From NCBI GenBank assembly GCA_951406725.2, contig OX597838.1:9114001-9178000 (forward strand): DNA of 64,000 nucleotides, written 5' to 3'. The position numbers were made by a program, and so were the translations under genes. Below are positions 13,215 through 25,710 of the stretch, piece by piece; the first letter of the stretch is position 1; each line of letters begins with the position of its first letter. Origin of the DNA: Octopus vulgaris. Its lineage: Eukaryota. Below the pieces are notes generated by a model. It saw only the letters and a list, made by a program, of their open reading frames with translations, was not told the origin of the DNA and made no database searches.

Positions 13215-13936
13215 GGCAGCGAGCTGGCAGAAACGTTAGTACGCCGGGCAAAATGCTTAGCAGTATTTCATCTGCCGCTACGTTCATCATCATCATCATC
13301 ATCATCGTTTAGCGTCCGTTTTCCATGCTAGCATGGGTTGGACTATGGCTGGTACGTTCTGAGTTCAAATTCCGCCGAGGTCGATTTTGCCTTTCATCCT
13401 TTCAGGGTCGATTAAATAAGTACCAGTTATGCACTGGGGTCGACGTAATCGACTTAATCCGTTTGTCTGTCTTTGTCCCCTATGTGTGTAGCCCCTTGTG
13501 GGCAGTAAAGAAATAGGAATCGTTAGCACGCGGGGCGAAATGCTTAGCAGTATTTCGTCTGCCCTTACGTTCTGAGTTCAAATTCTGCCAAGGTCGACTT
13601 TGCCTTTCATCCTTTTGGGGTCGATTAAATAAGTACCAGTTATGCACTGGGGTCGATATAATCAACTTAATTTGTTTGTCCCCTATGTGTGTAGCCCCTT
13701 GTGGGCAGTAAAGAAATAAGAATCGTTAGCACGCGGGGCGAAATGCTTAGCAGTATTTCGTCTGCCGTTACGTTCTGAGTTCAAATTCCGCCGGGGTCGA
13801 CTTTGCCTTTCATCCTTTCGGGGTCGATTAAATAAAGTACCAGTTACGCACTGGGGTCGATGTAATCGACTCAATCCCTTTGTCTGTCTTTGTTTGTCCT
13901 CTCTGTGTTTAGCCCCTTGTGGGTAGTAAAGAAATC
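13215..13936 (+). mobile_element. SINE family B tandem array abutting the RPA1 exon 4 acceptor
   Basis: Three B units, a short family C fragment inside the first, 18-bp flanking duplication. Confidence 0.8.
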
Positions 13937-13953
13937 GGTATTTTTATTGCAAG

Positions 13954-14062
13954 GTGTCATGCTGGCGACTCAGCTGAACCCCATGATGGAAGATGGTTCC
14001 CTGGACAACCTCTCGGTTATCAAGCTGAACAAGTTCTTATGTAACATCATTCAAAATGACAA
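13954..14062 (+). CDS. RPA1: RPA1 exon 4 (VMLATQLNPMMEDGSL...IIQNDK)
   Basis: ttgcaag| acceptor, |gtaagt donor; MLATQLN motif; phases 1/2 fit neighbours. Confidence 0.9.
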
Positions 14063-14281
14063 GTAAGTAAACGATTGTCACAGTTTTTGAGAATGCAAAG
14101 GTTTTGTTTTTCAATGTCCCCCTTGCTTACAGTTTGCTCCTTTGCTTTCTACTTTGTCCTCGTTTTTTTATACCAAAACAGAGGCGCAATGGCCCAGCTG
14201 AGAAGCGGCGGCGCTTCCGCTTTTATTCCAAAGTATAAAAGGAATATTTCTAGAGATATACGTGCATAGTTTGGTTGGTGT

Positions 14282-14660
14282 GGAGGCGCAATGGCCCAGT
14301 GGTTAGGGCAGCGTACTAGCGGTCGTAGGATCGTGGTTTCGATTCCCAGACCGGGCGTTGTGAGTGTTTATTGAGCGAAAGCACCTAAAGCTCCACGAGG
14401 CTCCGGCAGGGGATGGTGGTGATCCCTGCTGTACTCATTCACCACAACTTTCTCTCACTCTTACTTCCTGTTTCTGATGTACCTGTATTTCAAAGGGCCG
14501 GCCTTGTCACTCTCTGTGTCACGCTGAATATCCCCGAGAACTACGTTAAGGGTACACGTGTCTGTGGAGTGCTCAGCCACTTACACGTTAATTTCACGAG
14601 CAGGCTGTTCCGTTGATTCGGATCAACCGGAGCCCTCGTCGTCGTAACCGACGGAGTGCT
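14282..14660 (+). mobile_element. SINE family D (tRNA-like head ggaggcgcaatggcccagtggttagggcagc); copies at 546-900(+), 16056-16309(-), 41492-41755(+)
   Basis: Shared ~150-bp head with A/B boxes; variable tails. Confidence 0.8.
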
Positions 14661-15715
14661 TCCATGATACCAAAACATCCACCATTATTACTGATGGCAC
14701 AAATACTCCAGTCCAAAAGAAGTTCTTCCTGTCTTGCATTGAGAAGGGTTACCTTTGTCATTTGCCATATTTTCCTCAATGCACTCCGGCTTAGATTCCT
14801 TTTCGAACAACAGATCTTTTTCGGCGTTTGTCACTTGCAACCTGCTCAGTCTTCTTTCTCACACCTATCAGTCAATGATTGTGCCGGTGGCACGTAAAAA
14901 GCACCCACTACACTCACGGAGTGGTTGGCGTTAGGAAGGGCATCCAGCCGTAGAAACATTGCCAGATCAGACTGGGCCTGGTGCAGCCTTCTGGCTTCCC
15001 AGACCCCAGTTGCAACCGTCCAACCCATGCCAGCATGGAAAGCGGACGCTAAACGATGATGATGATTGATACTTTGGAAACAAAATCCTTGTTGTATTTG
15101 CCAACATTACAAGCATTAACAACTGCTTGGTAGGAATATGAACTGATTCTTATTTCTAAGAAGGCTCTCTTGAGAAGCAAATGCTGTCTTACCTGGAATG
15201 AATGTTTCAAGTCCTGACTATTCTACACCTTTTGCAGACGTTCATCTTCTGATGACTGCCATAAGTGTTGTCAAGAGGAAAATAGCTTTTGTAAGAATGC
15301 GCACAGGTGTGGTTGCATGGTTAAGAAACTTGGTTCCCGATCACATGGTTTTGGGTTCAGTCCCACTGTGTGGCACCTCAGGCAGGTGATTTCTACTATA
15401 ACCCCAGGTAGACCAAAGCCTTGTGAGTCGATTTTGTGTGTGTTTGTATGTCATGGTATCTCTGTCTCTTGACATAACGTGACAGTTGTAAACAAGTGTC
15501 ACCGTCATACAAGCGGTGTCCTTCATCTCCAGTCTTTCACAAAAAAAAACATATTTGACCCTGGGGGAAACATCTTACTTGGAAACAAATAACAAATGAG
15601 GGTTGGCAACAGGAAGGGCATCTGGCCACAGAAGATTCTGTCCGACCCATGCAAGCATAAGAAAGTGGATGTTAAAATGATGGTAATGAAAATATTTTAT
15701 TTTATTTTGTGACAG

Positions 15716-15810
15716 GAAAGTTATCATTTTGCTCGATCTAGAAGTGATTGCAAAAGCTTCTGAAGTTGGACAGAAGATAGGAAATCCAAAATCCTACAGA
15801 GCTGGGGAAG
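15716..15810 (+). CDS. RPA1: RPA1 exon 5 (KVIILLDLEVI...KIGNPKSY)
   Basis: gacag|, |gtaagt; KIGNP marks the end of RPA70N. Confidence 0.92.
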
Positions 15811-16309
15811 GTAAGTCTGGTTGACCATTGCTGTATAATAGTTTTGGTATTTTACTTTGCAGCAAGAGCACAATAGCCACAATAGCTGGAAATTGAAATC
15901 CTGGTCTTGAGTTCAATCCTTACTACACCCATTCTGATAATCCTCCAGATCTAGTTACATAATTCTGCTGTTCCAATTTGTCTAAATGCTGGTTCTATTC
16001 TTCACCCATATTTAAAGCGGTACACTGCCGAAAGAACATATATATATATATATCACGTGACCAACCAGGCTATCAGATGTTGCTACACATCGCTGGTCAC
16101 AACACGTTCGCATTGTTTTAGCCTTCGAATGACGCCACCCCGCTGGCTAAGCGAGCAGGCCAACAGAAGAAAGAGTACAGCAGGGATCACCACCCCCTGC
16201 CGGAGCCTCGTGGAGCTTTTAGGTGTTTTCGCTCAATAAACACTCACAATGCCTGGTCGGAATCGAAACCGCGAGTCCGCTGCCCTAACCACTGGGCCAT
16301 TGCGCCTCC

Positions 16310-16352
<43 letters not shown>

Positions 16353-17106
16353 GGTATGTAGAAAAATACAACATGGACAAGAACGTATAACTCTTAGAAG
16401 ACGAGACAATAAACACGGACAGGACATTCGAAACCCTCAGTCTTCAGTCAAGAACCGGATCATCGTAGTAATTTCGGCTGATTAATCTTGAGGTTACTAG
16501 ATCACGGCCAGCCCTCCAAGAAAAACTAAGCAACGAGCATTAGAAGAACTAAGCTGGGAGCGTAGATTTCCTGGAAGAAGGATCGAATGCATACGGACAC
16601 CAGGACAGCAAAAGGGACGAATATAAAAAAACAAAAAAAAATGGAATACAGAAACATGAAATACAGAAGCATTAACGGTGAAAACAACAACAAGTGTCTT
16701 ACGACTGATAACAAGCAAACAAATTATTTCTCTGGCGCAAGGAAAGGAGCCTTATCGGCGATGCCTATAGCGGCGGACGAAAAACAACGATGTTAACACG
16801 ACGCTGGTCAGAAGCTGAAAGGCAGATTTCGGCCAGCAGTCACGTGACAGAGAAGAGAGAAAAGAAAAGAAAGAGAAGCAACGGAAGAGAGAGAGAGAGG
16901 AGGGACAAACGCAACAAAGAGAGAGAAGAGAGAGAAAGAAGGAATCAGAGAGGAGAAGGGATGGGTGTCGAAGATTGACCTGTGAGTGCAGAGCGAGACA
17001 AAGAATTAGGAGGGTAGTGGAAGATTATATATATATATAGCTTGTTGCATTTGATTACAAAGAAGTTTTATCTGAAACGTTTTGACTTCAATTTTATCTC
17101 TTTCAG

Positions 17107-17136
17107 CTGCACCTGCTGCTGAGAACAACACAAATA
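17107..17136 (+). CDS. RPA1: RPA1 exon 6, 30-nt micro-exon (AAPAAENNTN)
   Basis: tctctttcag|, |gtgagt; phase 1-1, no stop; linker-like composition. Confidence 0.6.
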
Positions 17137-18191
17137 GTGAGTATTTTCTTTTAAGTATTTGTTTTTCTTGTAGAGAATGTGACAAACCTTGCTTCATCTG
17201 AGATATATCCATCAATGAGTGATTAAAACTTATCTACTGTGACAAAAGGGATTATCCACCATCCACACAAATTAGACTGATTTGAGTTCTTTTCATACTT
17301 TCTTAACCAACTTCCACTGAGAACTGAACTGAAATTCCTTCAAATGTGATGTTGGTTCTTGCAATAAGGAATTTTAGCAATCACTTCCTCGATTAACTAA
17401 TCCTAAATAATCTTCCAAAAATTAATCTATTTTGATTAGATTACATGACAAACATTGAGCTTTTCTCTTCATCATTGGAAAGAATTCAATTATAGGCACT
17501 TGTTGATTCTTTTGTGGACACCCAAATATACCGCATTTTCTAGAATACCAGTGGAATTTTTCAAACCAAAATTTACAGCCGCTAAAATCCAAAGGTAGAA
17601 TACTTGACATGTCTAAAGAAAATGTAGATTCATGTCCAACAGGGCAGCCTTTGACTTTTCCATTCCAAAAGGGATTTTTAACCCAATATTTACTTAGTAT
17701 TCTTTATAGCGTTATCTGCTTCAAAAAAAAAAAAAAAAGAATTATTTCACATTTTCTTGAAGTTTGTAGAATTTCTGTAATGTCAGCAAAAAAGGTAGGT
17801 TGACTTCTACACCAAGACAACTTTGGAGGATCAAAAATTCCTTATCAAATTCTAGGATTTGGAAGGATAATGACAGCATTTGAACATTTACACTATCATA
17901 CTATGTAAGCGTCACCGCTTAAGAAATTAATTGCAAGAATTATGTTCCCAGTTATAAATTCTTAGTAATGTTAACCTATTAATATTCAAATTATTCTGTA
18001 AAGTATTACCTCGTTATTGTATTCAGTTTGCAAGATTTAATGAGTTGGCCCAACACCTACAGCTCTCACACAACTGGTTGGCAAAAGTTGTACTTTTACA
18101 TGTCTCTGTGTTTCTCTTTGCCATTATAAACTTCTTGGCCTCTTTCCGCATTTAAACCTTTCTTTATAATTTGAATTTTCTTGTTTCTCAG

Positions 18192-18236
18192 GTCTTCCTG
18201 CACCTTCCAAGCCTCCCTCTGTTCCCATACCAAACA
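18192..18236 (+). CDS. RPA1: RPA1 exon 7, 45-nt micro-exon (SLPAPSKPPSVPIPN)
   Basis: tttctcag|, |gtgagt; phase 1-1, Pro-rich linker. Confidence 0.65.
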
Positions 18237-18274
18237 GTGAGTTACATGTTTCCTTTCTGACAATTCCTTTCATT

Positions 18275-18620
18275 ATTAAACCTCCGCCTTAGCGAAGGCA
18301 TTGTTTTCAGTTGTGTTTGTTTGTCTGTGGACAAGATTATCTCAAGAATTGCTGGATAGATTTGGATGAAACGTTCAGGGATGTTTGGCCTCGTGACTGG
18401 CACAAACTGATTAGATTTTGGGATCGATCTGGTAACAGACAAGGATTCTGGATTATTTTTCTCCTTTTTTTTTTCCATTTCATTACTTAATCTTTGAGGG
18501 TGGTCAGGTTCATTTTTAGTATTCTCGTTTGTGAGAGTAGTCGAGTTTATTTCAAATATTCTCAATTTAAAAATCATCTCCCAGGGGCATCCTGTTTTGA
18601 ATTATTCCTCTGTTATTGCC
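18275..18620. mobile_element. Helentron-associated (DINE/HINE-like) repeat
   Basis: acctccgcc hairpin start followed by a gtttgtttgtctgt microsatellite; right boundary uncertain. Confidence 0.4.
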
Positions 18621-19436
18621 CGATTCCTTTGTTCAAATTCCACCAAGGTTGACTTTGCCTTTCATAGTTTCAGGATCCATAGAATACGTACCAGTTGTGC
18701 ACTGGGGTCAATGTAATCTACTAATCCCTTCCCACAATGTTGCTGGCCCTGTGACAAAATTTGTAATCATTTTGTTATTATTAAGGCAGCGAGCTGGCAG
18801 AATCGTTAGCACACCATGGAAAATGCGTTGTGGCATTCCATCCATTCTTATTTTGCAAGTTCAAATTCTGCCAAGGTTGATGTTTGCCTGTCATCCTTCC
18901 GGGGTCAATAAAATAAGTACCAGTGGAGTACTGGGGTTGATGTAATCGACTTGCTCCCAAAATTCCTGGCCTTGTACCACCTCTTTTAATACTAGTCCCT
19001 CCTCAGTTGCGGGATCTTTGTCTTGCAAGTTACTTGGTGCTTGTGCCATGTAAAAAGTCCCTATTCCCTCTCTCTTTCGGAGAGGCACTGAGCAGCTATA
19101 CACACACGGCAGTAACTTCCACCTACCGAATTCAATCACAAAGCTTCAGTCGACTCGGGGCTATAGCAGAAGACACCTACCCAAAGTGCCACGCAGTGGG
19201 ACTGAACCCGAAACCATGTAGTTAGGAAGCAAGCTCCCTAACCACACAGCCATGCCCGATGGTTGGTATTAGGGAGGAGATCCAATCCTAGAAACCAAGC
19301 CAAAGTAGACAGCAGAACTTGGTGTGGTCCTGTAGCTCACCAGCTCTTACCAAATCGTCCAACCCATGCCAGCATAGAAAACAGACATTCAATAGTGATA
19401 GTGGTAATGATGATGTTTCATTTTCTTTGGTTCTAG

Positions 19437-19551
19437 GGACACCTTTAGGTAGTGGCCCTGTCGTTAATAATAAACCACCTGGTCTTCCTACAACTCCAGG
19501 AGGAACCGGCAGAATTCATGCCATCGCAGGACTCTCGCTCTACCAAAATAG
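19437..19551 (+). CDS. RPA1: RPA1 exon 8 (TPLGSG...TPGGTGRIHAIAGLSLYQN)
   Basis: ttctag|, AG|gtaagt; IxxLSxYQN start of DBD-A. Confidence 0.9.
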
Positions 19552-20707
19552 GTAAGTTGCCTTTTGTTCTCTTGTTTTTAGCTTGAATGAATTGGGGTCT
19601 TTGAGAATCTAAGCATTGACATGTTTTGAACTTAGTGGAACGTCCGCTCAGATAAATATATTACAGTCAGCAGTCAATGGCAGCACAACTAGCAATGAGT
19701 CTGCGAGTCGCCCTGGGAGGCATGGGATGGAAATGCAAAGGAAGCGTGTCCCAGGACCCTAAAGTGGGTCCAGGAAGAATGAACAACTGTTAACGATGGT
19801 GAAAGTGTAATGACGGTTGCTTCTTATAGCACCCCGAGGAGGAGGTGCCTACAGGGTCTATTCCCCACACCACCCACAAGTCTCCCTGGAAAGGTGGGCA
19901 GAGGAGATGGTCAGGTGGAATGGCATTTCATTGAATCATCCTGTAGCATTCGTTGCATGCGAAAGAGAAGAATTAACCTTGGTTCATTGGTCTTGGAATA
20001 TTCAACCTGTGAGAAGTATTTGGTGATGGCATTGATAAAGGATTGCAGAGTTTCTTATTTCAAATTGTTGCTTACATCACATCACCTGAGTGCATTGCTC
20101 CAGTCTGGCCAATACTCCATCAGTGAATTCGTAAGATGGAAACTGTGGAAGACCATTGTATATATGTATTAACGTGTCTGTGTGTCTCCCACCACCACTG
20201 TTTGGTAACCAGTGTTGGTTTGTTTATATCCCCATGACTTAGCTGTTTGGCAAAAGAGACCAATAGAATAATTATGCAGTGGCTTCTATATAATAGCAGA
20301 ATGAATACCAGACATCAAAATATAAAAAAAAAGAAAAAGTATTGGAGTTGATTTGTTCAATGTAAATAGTCTGAGGTGGTGCTCCAGCATGACCACAATC
20401 CAATGGCTGAAACAATTGAAATAAATCTATCACTGTATCGACCAGACAATCAGTGTTATGCACCACTGATCACAGTGCACTTCCTTGCAAGGTTGTAGCT
20501 TTCGAATGATACCACCCTGCTGGTTTGCCTGGCAGTCCCACCCTCTTCATCGCAGGGTAGGGTTACCACCCATTTACCGTTAAGTGGGCTAAAAATAACA
20601 AGGAACGAAGTGTTTTGCTCAAGTCCGGGAATCAAAACTGTGATCTTGCAATTGTGAGTGCAACACCCTAACCTCAAGACCACAAACCTTCACACACACA
20701 CATTGTA

Positions 20708-21073
20708 CACTACCGTCAGAAATTAATTAGCACCCTTGATTTGCTCTTCACTCAAGGTATGTGCTGTCACCTAGTGGCCATATCTCGAACTATTGCTTTG
20801 TTGCACAGAACGATGATGTAACTTTGTTTGCAGAGCAGTTTGAGAGTCTACAGCCTTATGATGTTGACATAGCAGTGCAACAACAACTTGGAGTGCGGAT
20901 GCAGACAAATCTTCCTTTGTTTAATAGATATAGGTAGCGCCTCGCAAGGACTGAAATCACACCATACTAAGTTTTCTCATCGCATAAGACGTTTTGAACA
21001 GCTCATAGGTTAATTGATTTAACCTATTTAATGTAGAAATTTGAGAAGTGCTAATTAATTTCTGACGCAAGTG
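20708..21073. mobile_element. Tc1/mariner-type MITE
   Basis: About 26-bp TIR cact..cgtcagaaattaattagcac; TA duplication; empty site preserved in the paralogous copy near 21572. Confidence 0.85.
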
Positions 21074-21103
21074 TATATGCCTTAACTTTATTGTTTTCAA
21101 CAG

Positions 21104-21275
21104 ATGGAAGATTTGTGCACGAGTGACCCATAAATCTGCTGTAAGGAACTGGAGTAACTCTCGTGGAGAGGGCAAGCTGTTTAGTGTTACGTTCCTTGAT
21201 GACAGCGGTGAAATCCGGGCCACAGGATTTAATGATGCAGTTGACAAGTTCTTTGAATTTCTTCAAGTTAACAAG
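21104..21275 (+). CDS. RPA1: RPA1 exon 9 ([27 protein letters not shown]...QVNK)
   Basis: caacag|, AAG|gtaagt; hallmark [12 protein letters not shown] of DBD-A. Confidence 0.96.
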
Positions 21276-22694
21276 GTAAGTTTCACCTTCGTTTTGTTAT
21301 ACCTGTATCATCATCATCATCATCATCTAGCGTCCGCTTTCCATGCTAGCATGGGTTGGACGGTTCAACTGGGGTCTGTGAAGCCGGAAGGCTTCGTCAG
21401 GCCCAGTCAGATCTGGCAGTGTTTCTACGGCTGGATGCCCTTCCTAACGCCAACCACTCCGTGAGTGTAGTGGGTGCTTTTTACGTGCCACCCGCACGTG
21501 ATTTTGCAATTGTGAGTGCAACGCCCTAACCTCAAGACCACAAGCCTTCACATACACACACACACACATTGTACATGCCTTAACTTTATTGTTTTCAACA
21601 GATGGAAGATTTGTGCACGAGTGGGTAATTAACTGAGTCCTGTTAATTTAATTAACTCAGCCACCATACTCTGTACCCTTGACTTCATTGTGACACCTCT
21701 TACTGTAAAAGGTTCAGAAAAGGTAAAATACAGACAAGACAGTGATATTTTGAATTTTGAACGCAGAATCAGTGTTAAAATAGCAGAAGGATTGGGTGTG
21801 AATACTCTTACATCATCATCATCATCGTTTAACGTCCGTTTTCCACGCTAGCACGGGTTGGATGGTTCAACCGGGGTCTGGGAAGCCATGGCTGCACCAG
21901 GCTCCAGTCTGATCTGGCAGTGTTTCTACAGCTGGATGCCCTTCCTAACGCCAACCACTCCAAGAGTGTAGTGGGTGCTTTTTTACGTGCCAGGAGAGTC
22001 TGGCAACGGCCACGATCGGTTGGTGCTTTTAACGTGCCGCCGGCACGGAAGCCAGCCAAGGCGGCGCTGGCATGAAAAGTTGTTAACAAACAGCCATGAT
22101 ACACATTCAACTGGCTCTTGTGCCGGTGGCACATAAAAGGCACCATTCTAACATGGTTGATGCCAGTCCCGCCTGACTGGTTCCCGTGCTGGTGGCACAT
22201 AAAAAGCACCCACTACACTCTCGGAGTGGTTGGCATTAGGAAAGGCATCTAGCTGTAGAGTCCTTGCCAGATCAGATTGGACACCTGGTACAGCCTTCTG
22301 GCTTACCAGTCCCCATTCAAACCATCCAACCCATGCCAGCATGGAAAGCGGATGTTAAACAATGATGATGTCTATTTATTAGTGAAGTCTCATGTAAATT
22401 AATTTTTTGTTTTAATCTTGGAATTAAATCATTTTGATTTACTGTCAGGTGACTTTTGGTCAACCCTGCATCCACACAACGGTTGTTTAGAGATGAGTTT
22501 TAAAATTGGCTCCTTCTTAACATTCAGTGTCCACTTTTCCATGTTTGCAGGGGTCACTTGGAATTTAAGGCAGTGCTCCAGCATGGCTACAGTCAACGTA
22601 ATTTAAAGCAACCCAAACATGGGGGTTTCTTTTCTTTCTTCTTTTTTTTTTTTTTTTTTTCTTTAACCGATTCCATTTTTCTTTGTTATTTCAG

Positions 22695-22887
22695 GCTTAT
22701 TACGTGAGTAGAGCCACTCTAAAGATGGCAAACAAGAAATTTAGTTCTGTGCAGAATGACTTTGAGATGACTTTCAACTCTGACACAGTCATTGAGTTGT
22801 GCACAGAGAACACAAATTTGCCCACCATCACATATGATTTTAAGCCATTGAAAGACCTGGGCCAAATTGAACCCAACACTATTATTG
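22695..22887 (+). CDS. RPA1: RPA1 exon 10 (AYYVSRATLKMANKKF...NTII)
   Basis: tttcag|, |gtgagt; LKxANKxF..NDFEMTF. Confidence 0.95.
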
Positions 22888-23892
22888 GTGAGTGAATCTT
22901 ATCTCTGTTTCTAAACTACTTGTGGCGACATTCACCCTGGGCGGGTTGAGTCAGCTTCTTCTACTCATGGAAGAAGTTTCGTGGGAATATGTGGATTTCA
23001 CAAGCGGTCCCCAACAATCCCGCATGTAGAGACATTCTGTTTGCCACAGATTGTCCGCAGACGCAGGGACAGAACGACCGAGGAGCCGCCGGTTGCCGAA
23101 ACAGACACTCCGAGGATTTTCACCAGAGCCCTGTCTGCCGGGTTGTGGCCCTAATACCACTCGGTGTCAGACCAATCCGCCTTGGGTGGCCCTACCAGGA
23201 ACCGAAGTTCCCGACGGCATAGCTCTGACACTACCCGTTGCCAGCGTCCCCACCACGGTGAGGAGGGGATGGACTTTGGGGACGCCCTGTTTCTAAAACA
23301 ACTGTGTTTTCCAGTTGATGTATATTGTGTAACCATGCAGTGTAAATGTTCAAATATTGACAATATCTTTCCAATTCCTGATGTATTTCACAAGGAATAT
23401 TCAGTCCTCCAAAGTCATTTTCGTTTATAAGTCAGCCTACCATTTTTGGCAATAAATTTTGGTCTCAGAAATTCAACTTAGATTCTGGAAAATATGGCAC
23501 TGCTGCATTTTAACTCTGTAAATGTCTAACTCATCCAGTCTCTTCTTGTTTTTCTTTTCCACTTATTTGATGCTTCTTCAATTAAATTTCACACTAGCTT
23601 ATCCTTTCGCTATCATATTTGTTAAAATACTCTGAAATTATTGCAAATAACTTTAAAACAACAAGGAATTTTGTAAAATAACTTTGTTGTTATTTTACGC
23701 TGGAGTTTAGAATATAAAAAGCACCCACTACACTCTTGGAGTGATTGGCATTAGTAAGGTTATCCAGCTGTAGAGACCTTGCCAGATCAGATTGGAACCT
23801 GGTGCAGCCTTCTGGTTTGCCAGTCCTTAGTGAAACCGTCCAACACATGCCAGCATAGAAAGCGGATTTTAAACGATAATAATGATGATTAA

Positions 23893-24392
23893 CCCTTTCG
23901 TTACCAACCCGGCCAAAACCGGCTCTGGCTCTGTAGTATAAATGTCTTGTTTTCATAAGTTTTGAATTAAAATCTTCCACCAAACCTTAGTCATAATTTA
24001 TGTTCCTAACACTAGCTTAATGATAAGTAATTTTACTAAATTCCTTTTTATCATCATCATCGTTTAACGTCCGTTCTCCATGCTAGCATGGGTTGGACGG
24101 TTCGACCAGGGATCTGGGAAGCCAGAAGGCTGCACCAGGCTCCAGTCTTATCTGGCAATGTTTCTACAGCTGGATGCCCTTCCTAACGCCAACCACTCCG
24201 TGAGTGTAGTGGGTGCTTTTTACGTGCCACCTGCACAGGTGCCAGGCGAGGCTGGCAACGGCCACGGTCGGATTGGTGTATTTTATGTGCCACCGGCACG
24301 GAAGCCGGTCGAGGCGGCACTGGCATCGGCCACGAGTCAAAATAATTGAAAGAAGCACAGAACATCTCAAAATGAATACGGTAATGAAAGGG
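23893..24392. mobile_element. piggyBac-like MITE interrupted by a (GAT)n-tailed repeat
   Basis: TTAA|ccctttcgttacc ... ggtaatgaaaggg|TTAA. Confidence 0.75.
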
Positions 24393-24574
24393 TTAACTCT
24401 GGCATTCTGATTACTCTGTCAAATTTCACTGTTTTCAATTACTCCTGTATTAACCCGTAGCTTTTGAGGTATTGATGATGTAACTGCTTAAAATGACAGT
24501 GTAGAGTAGGTGTGAGAGGTCAGATCTGTCTGGTTTGACCCATAGAATATTCAGGCCAAATATGGTGTTATCAT

Positions 24575-25131
24575 GCCGGGCAAAATGCTTAACGGTATTT
24601 CATCTGCCGTTGCGTTGTGAGTTCAAATTCCGCCGAGGTTGACTTTGCCTTTTATCCTTTCGGGGTCGATAAATTAAGTACCAGTTACGCACTGGGGTCG
24701 ACGTAATCGACTTAATACCTATGTCTGTCCTTGTTCAGCCCCTTGTGGGTAATAAAGAAATAGGTATTTCGTCTGCCGTTGCGTTGTGAGTTCAAATTCT
24801 GCCGAGGCCGACTTTGCCTTTCATCCTTTTGGGCTCGATAAATTAAGTACCAGTTACACACTGGGGTTGATGCAATCGACTTAATACCTATGTCTGTCCT
24901 TGTTTGTCCCCTCTGTGTTTAGCCCCTTGTGGGTAATAAAGAAATAGGTATTTCGTCTGCCGTTGCGTTGTGAGTTCAAATTCTGCCGAGGCCAACTTTG
25001 CCTTTCATCCCTTCAGGGTCGATAAATTAAGTACCAGTTACACACCGGGGTCGATGCGATCGACTTAATACCTATGTCTGTCCTTGTTTGTCCCCTCTGT
25101 GTTTAGCCCCTTGTGGGTAATAAAGAAATAG
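24575..25131 (+). mobile_element. SINE family B head-to-tail trimer
   Basis: Units rejoin at ...gaaata|ggtatttcgtctgccg. Confidence 0.8.
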
Positions 25132-25269
25132 GTATCAAAGGGGTCACGGTATCTGGCTTGGTGCTTTGTAACATGTCATTCGAAATGTCTTTTTGGTGGA
25201 ATTACGATAATAAAACAAAGTTCCATTGATGTCATTGCATCAAGTTTGAGGCAACAATTTATAAAGGGA

Positions 25270-25662
25270 CTAGCAGTATCGCCCGGCGTTGCTCGGGTTT
25301 GTAAGGGAAATAACTATATAAGCATTTTTAGAGATGTAAAGTATAATAGCCATCTCAATATGACTAACCACAAAGGGGGGGTGTTACTGTAGCTTTTTAC
25401 GTTCTGAGATTTAATAAATTTTTAGAGAGTTACTTCCCTTATATATGCCAAAAATGCATTAAAAATGGGGAAAATTGATGGTAAATTTTTTTTTAAATCG
25501 TAGACTCATCGTAGACGCGCACTAATACCCAGAAGGGCTCGATATGAATCACGACTATAAGATACCCGGTTTTGGTTAAACTGCACCGCAAAATGTGGGA
25601 GTAGTTAGGAATCTAAATCGTAGGAGACAGACAGCACACAACTTCACTTTTATATATAAAGA
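25270..25662 (-). mobile_element. Non-autonomous Helitron
   Basis: Minus strand: 5' TC, subterminal hairpin cccgagcaacgccggg, 3' CTAG, inserted between A and T without a TSD. Confidence 0.8.
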
Positions 25663-25710
25663 TATGACGAAAATTTTTCTTTTGACTATGTTTTTTCTTA
25701 TCATTTGCAG

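Noticed and set aside
17200-17870. Coding-like minus-strand segment in RPA1 intron 6
   Set aside because: Stops in the frames I read and no motif I can identify; needs BLASTX
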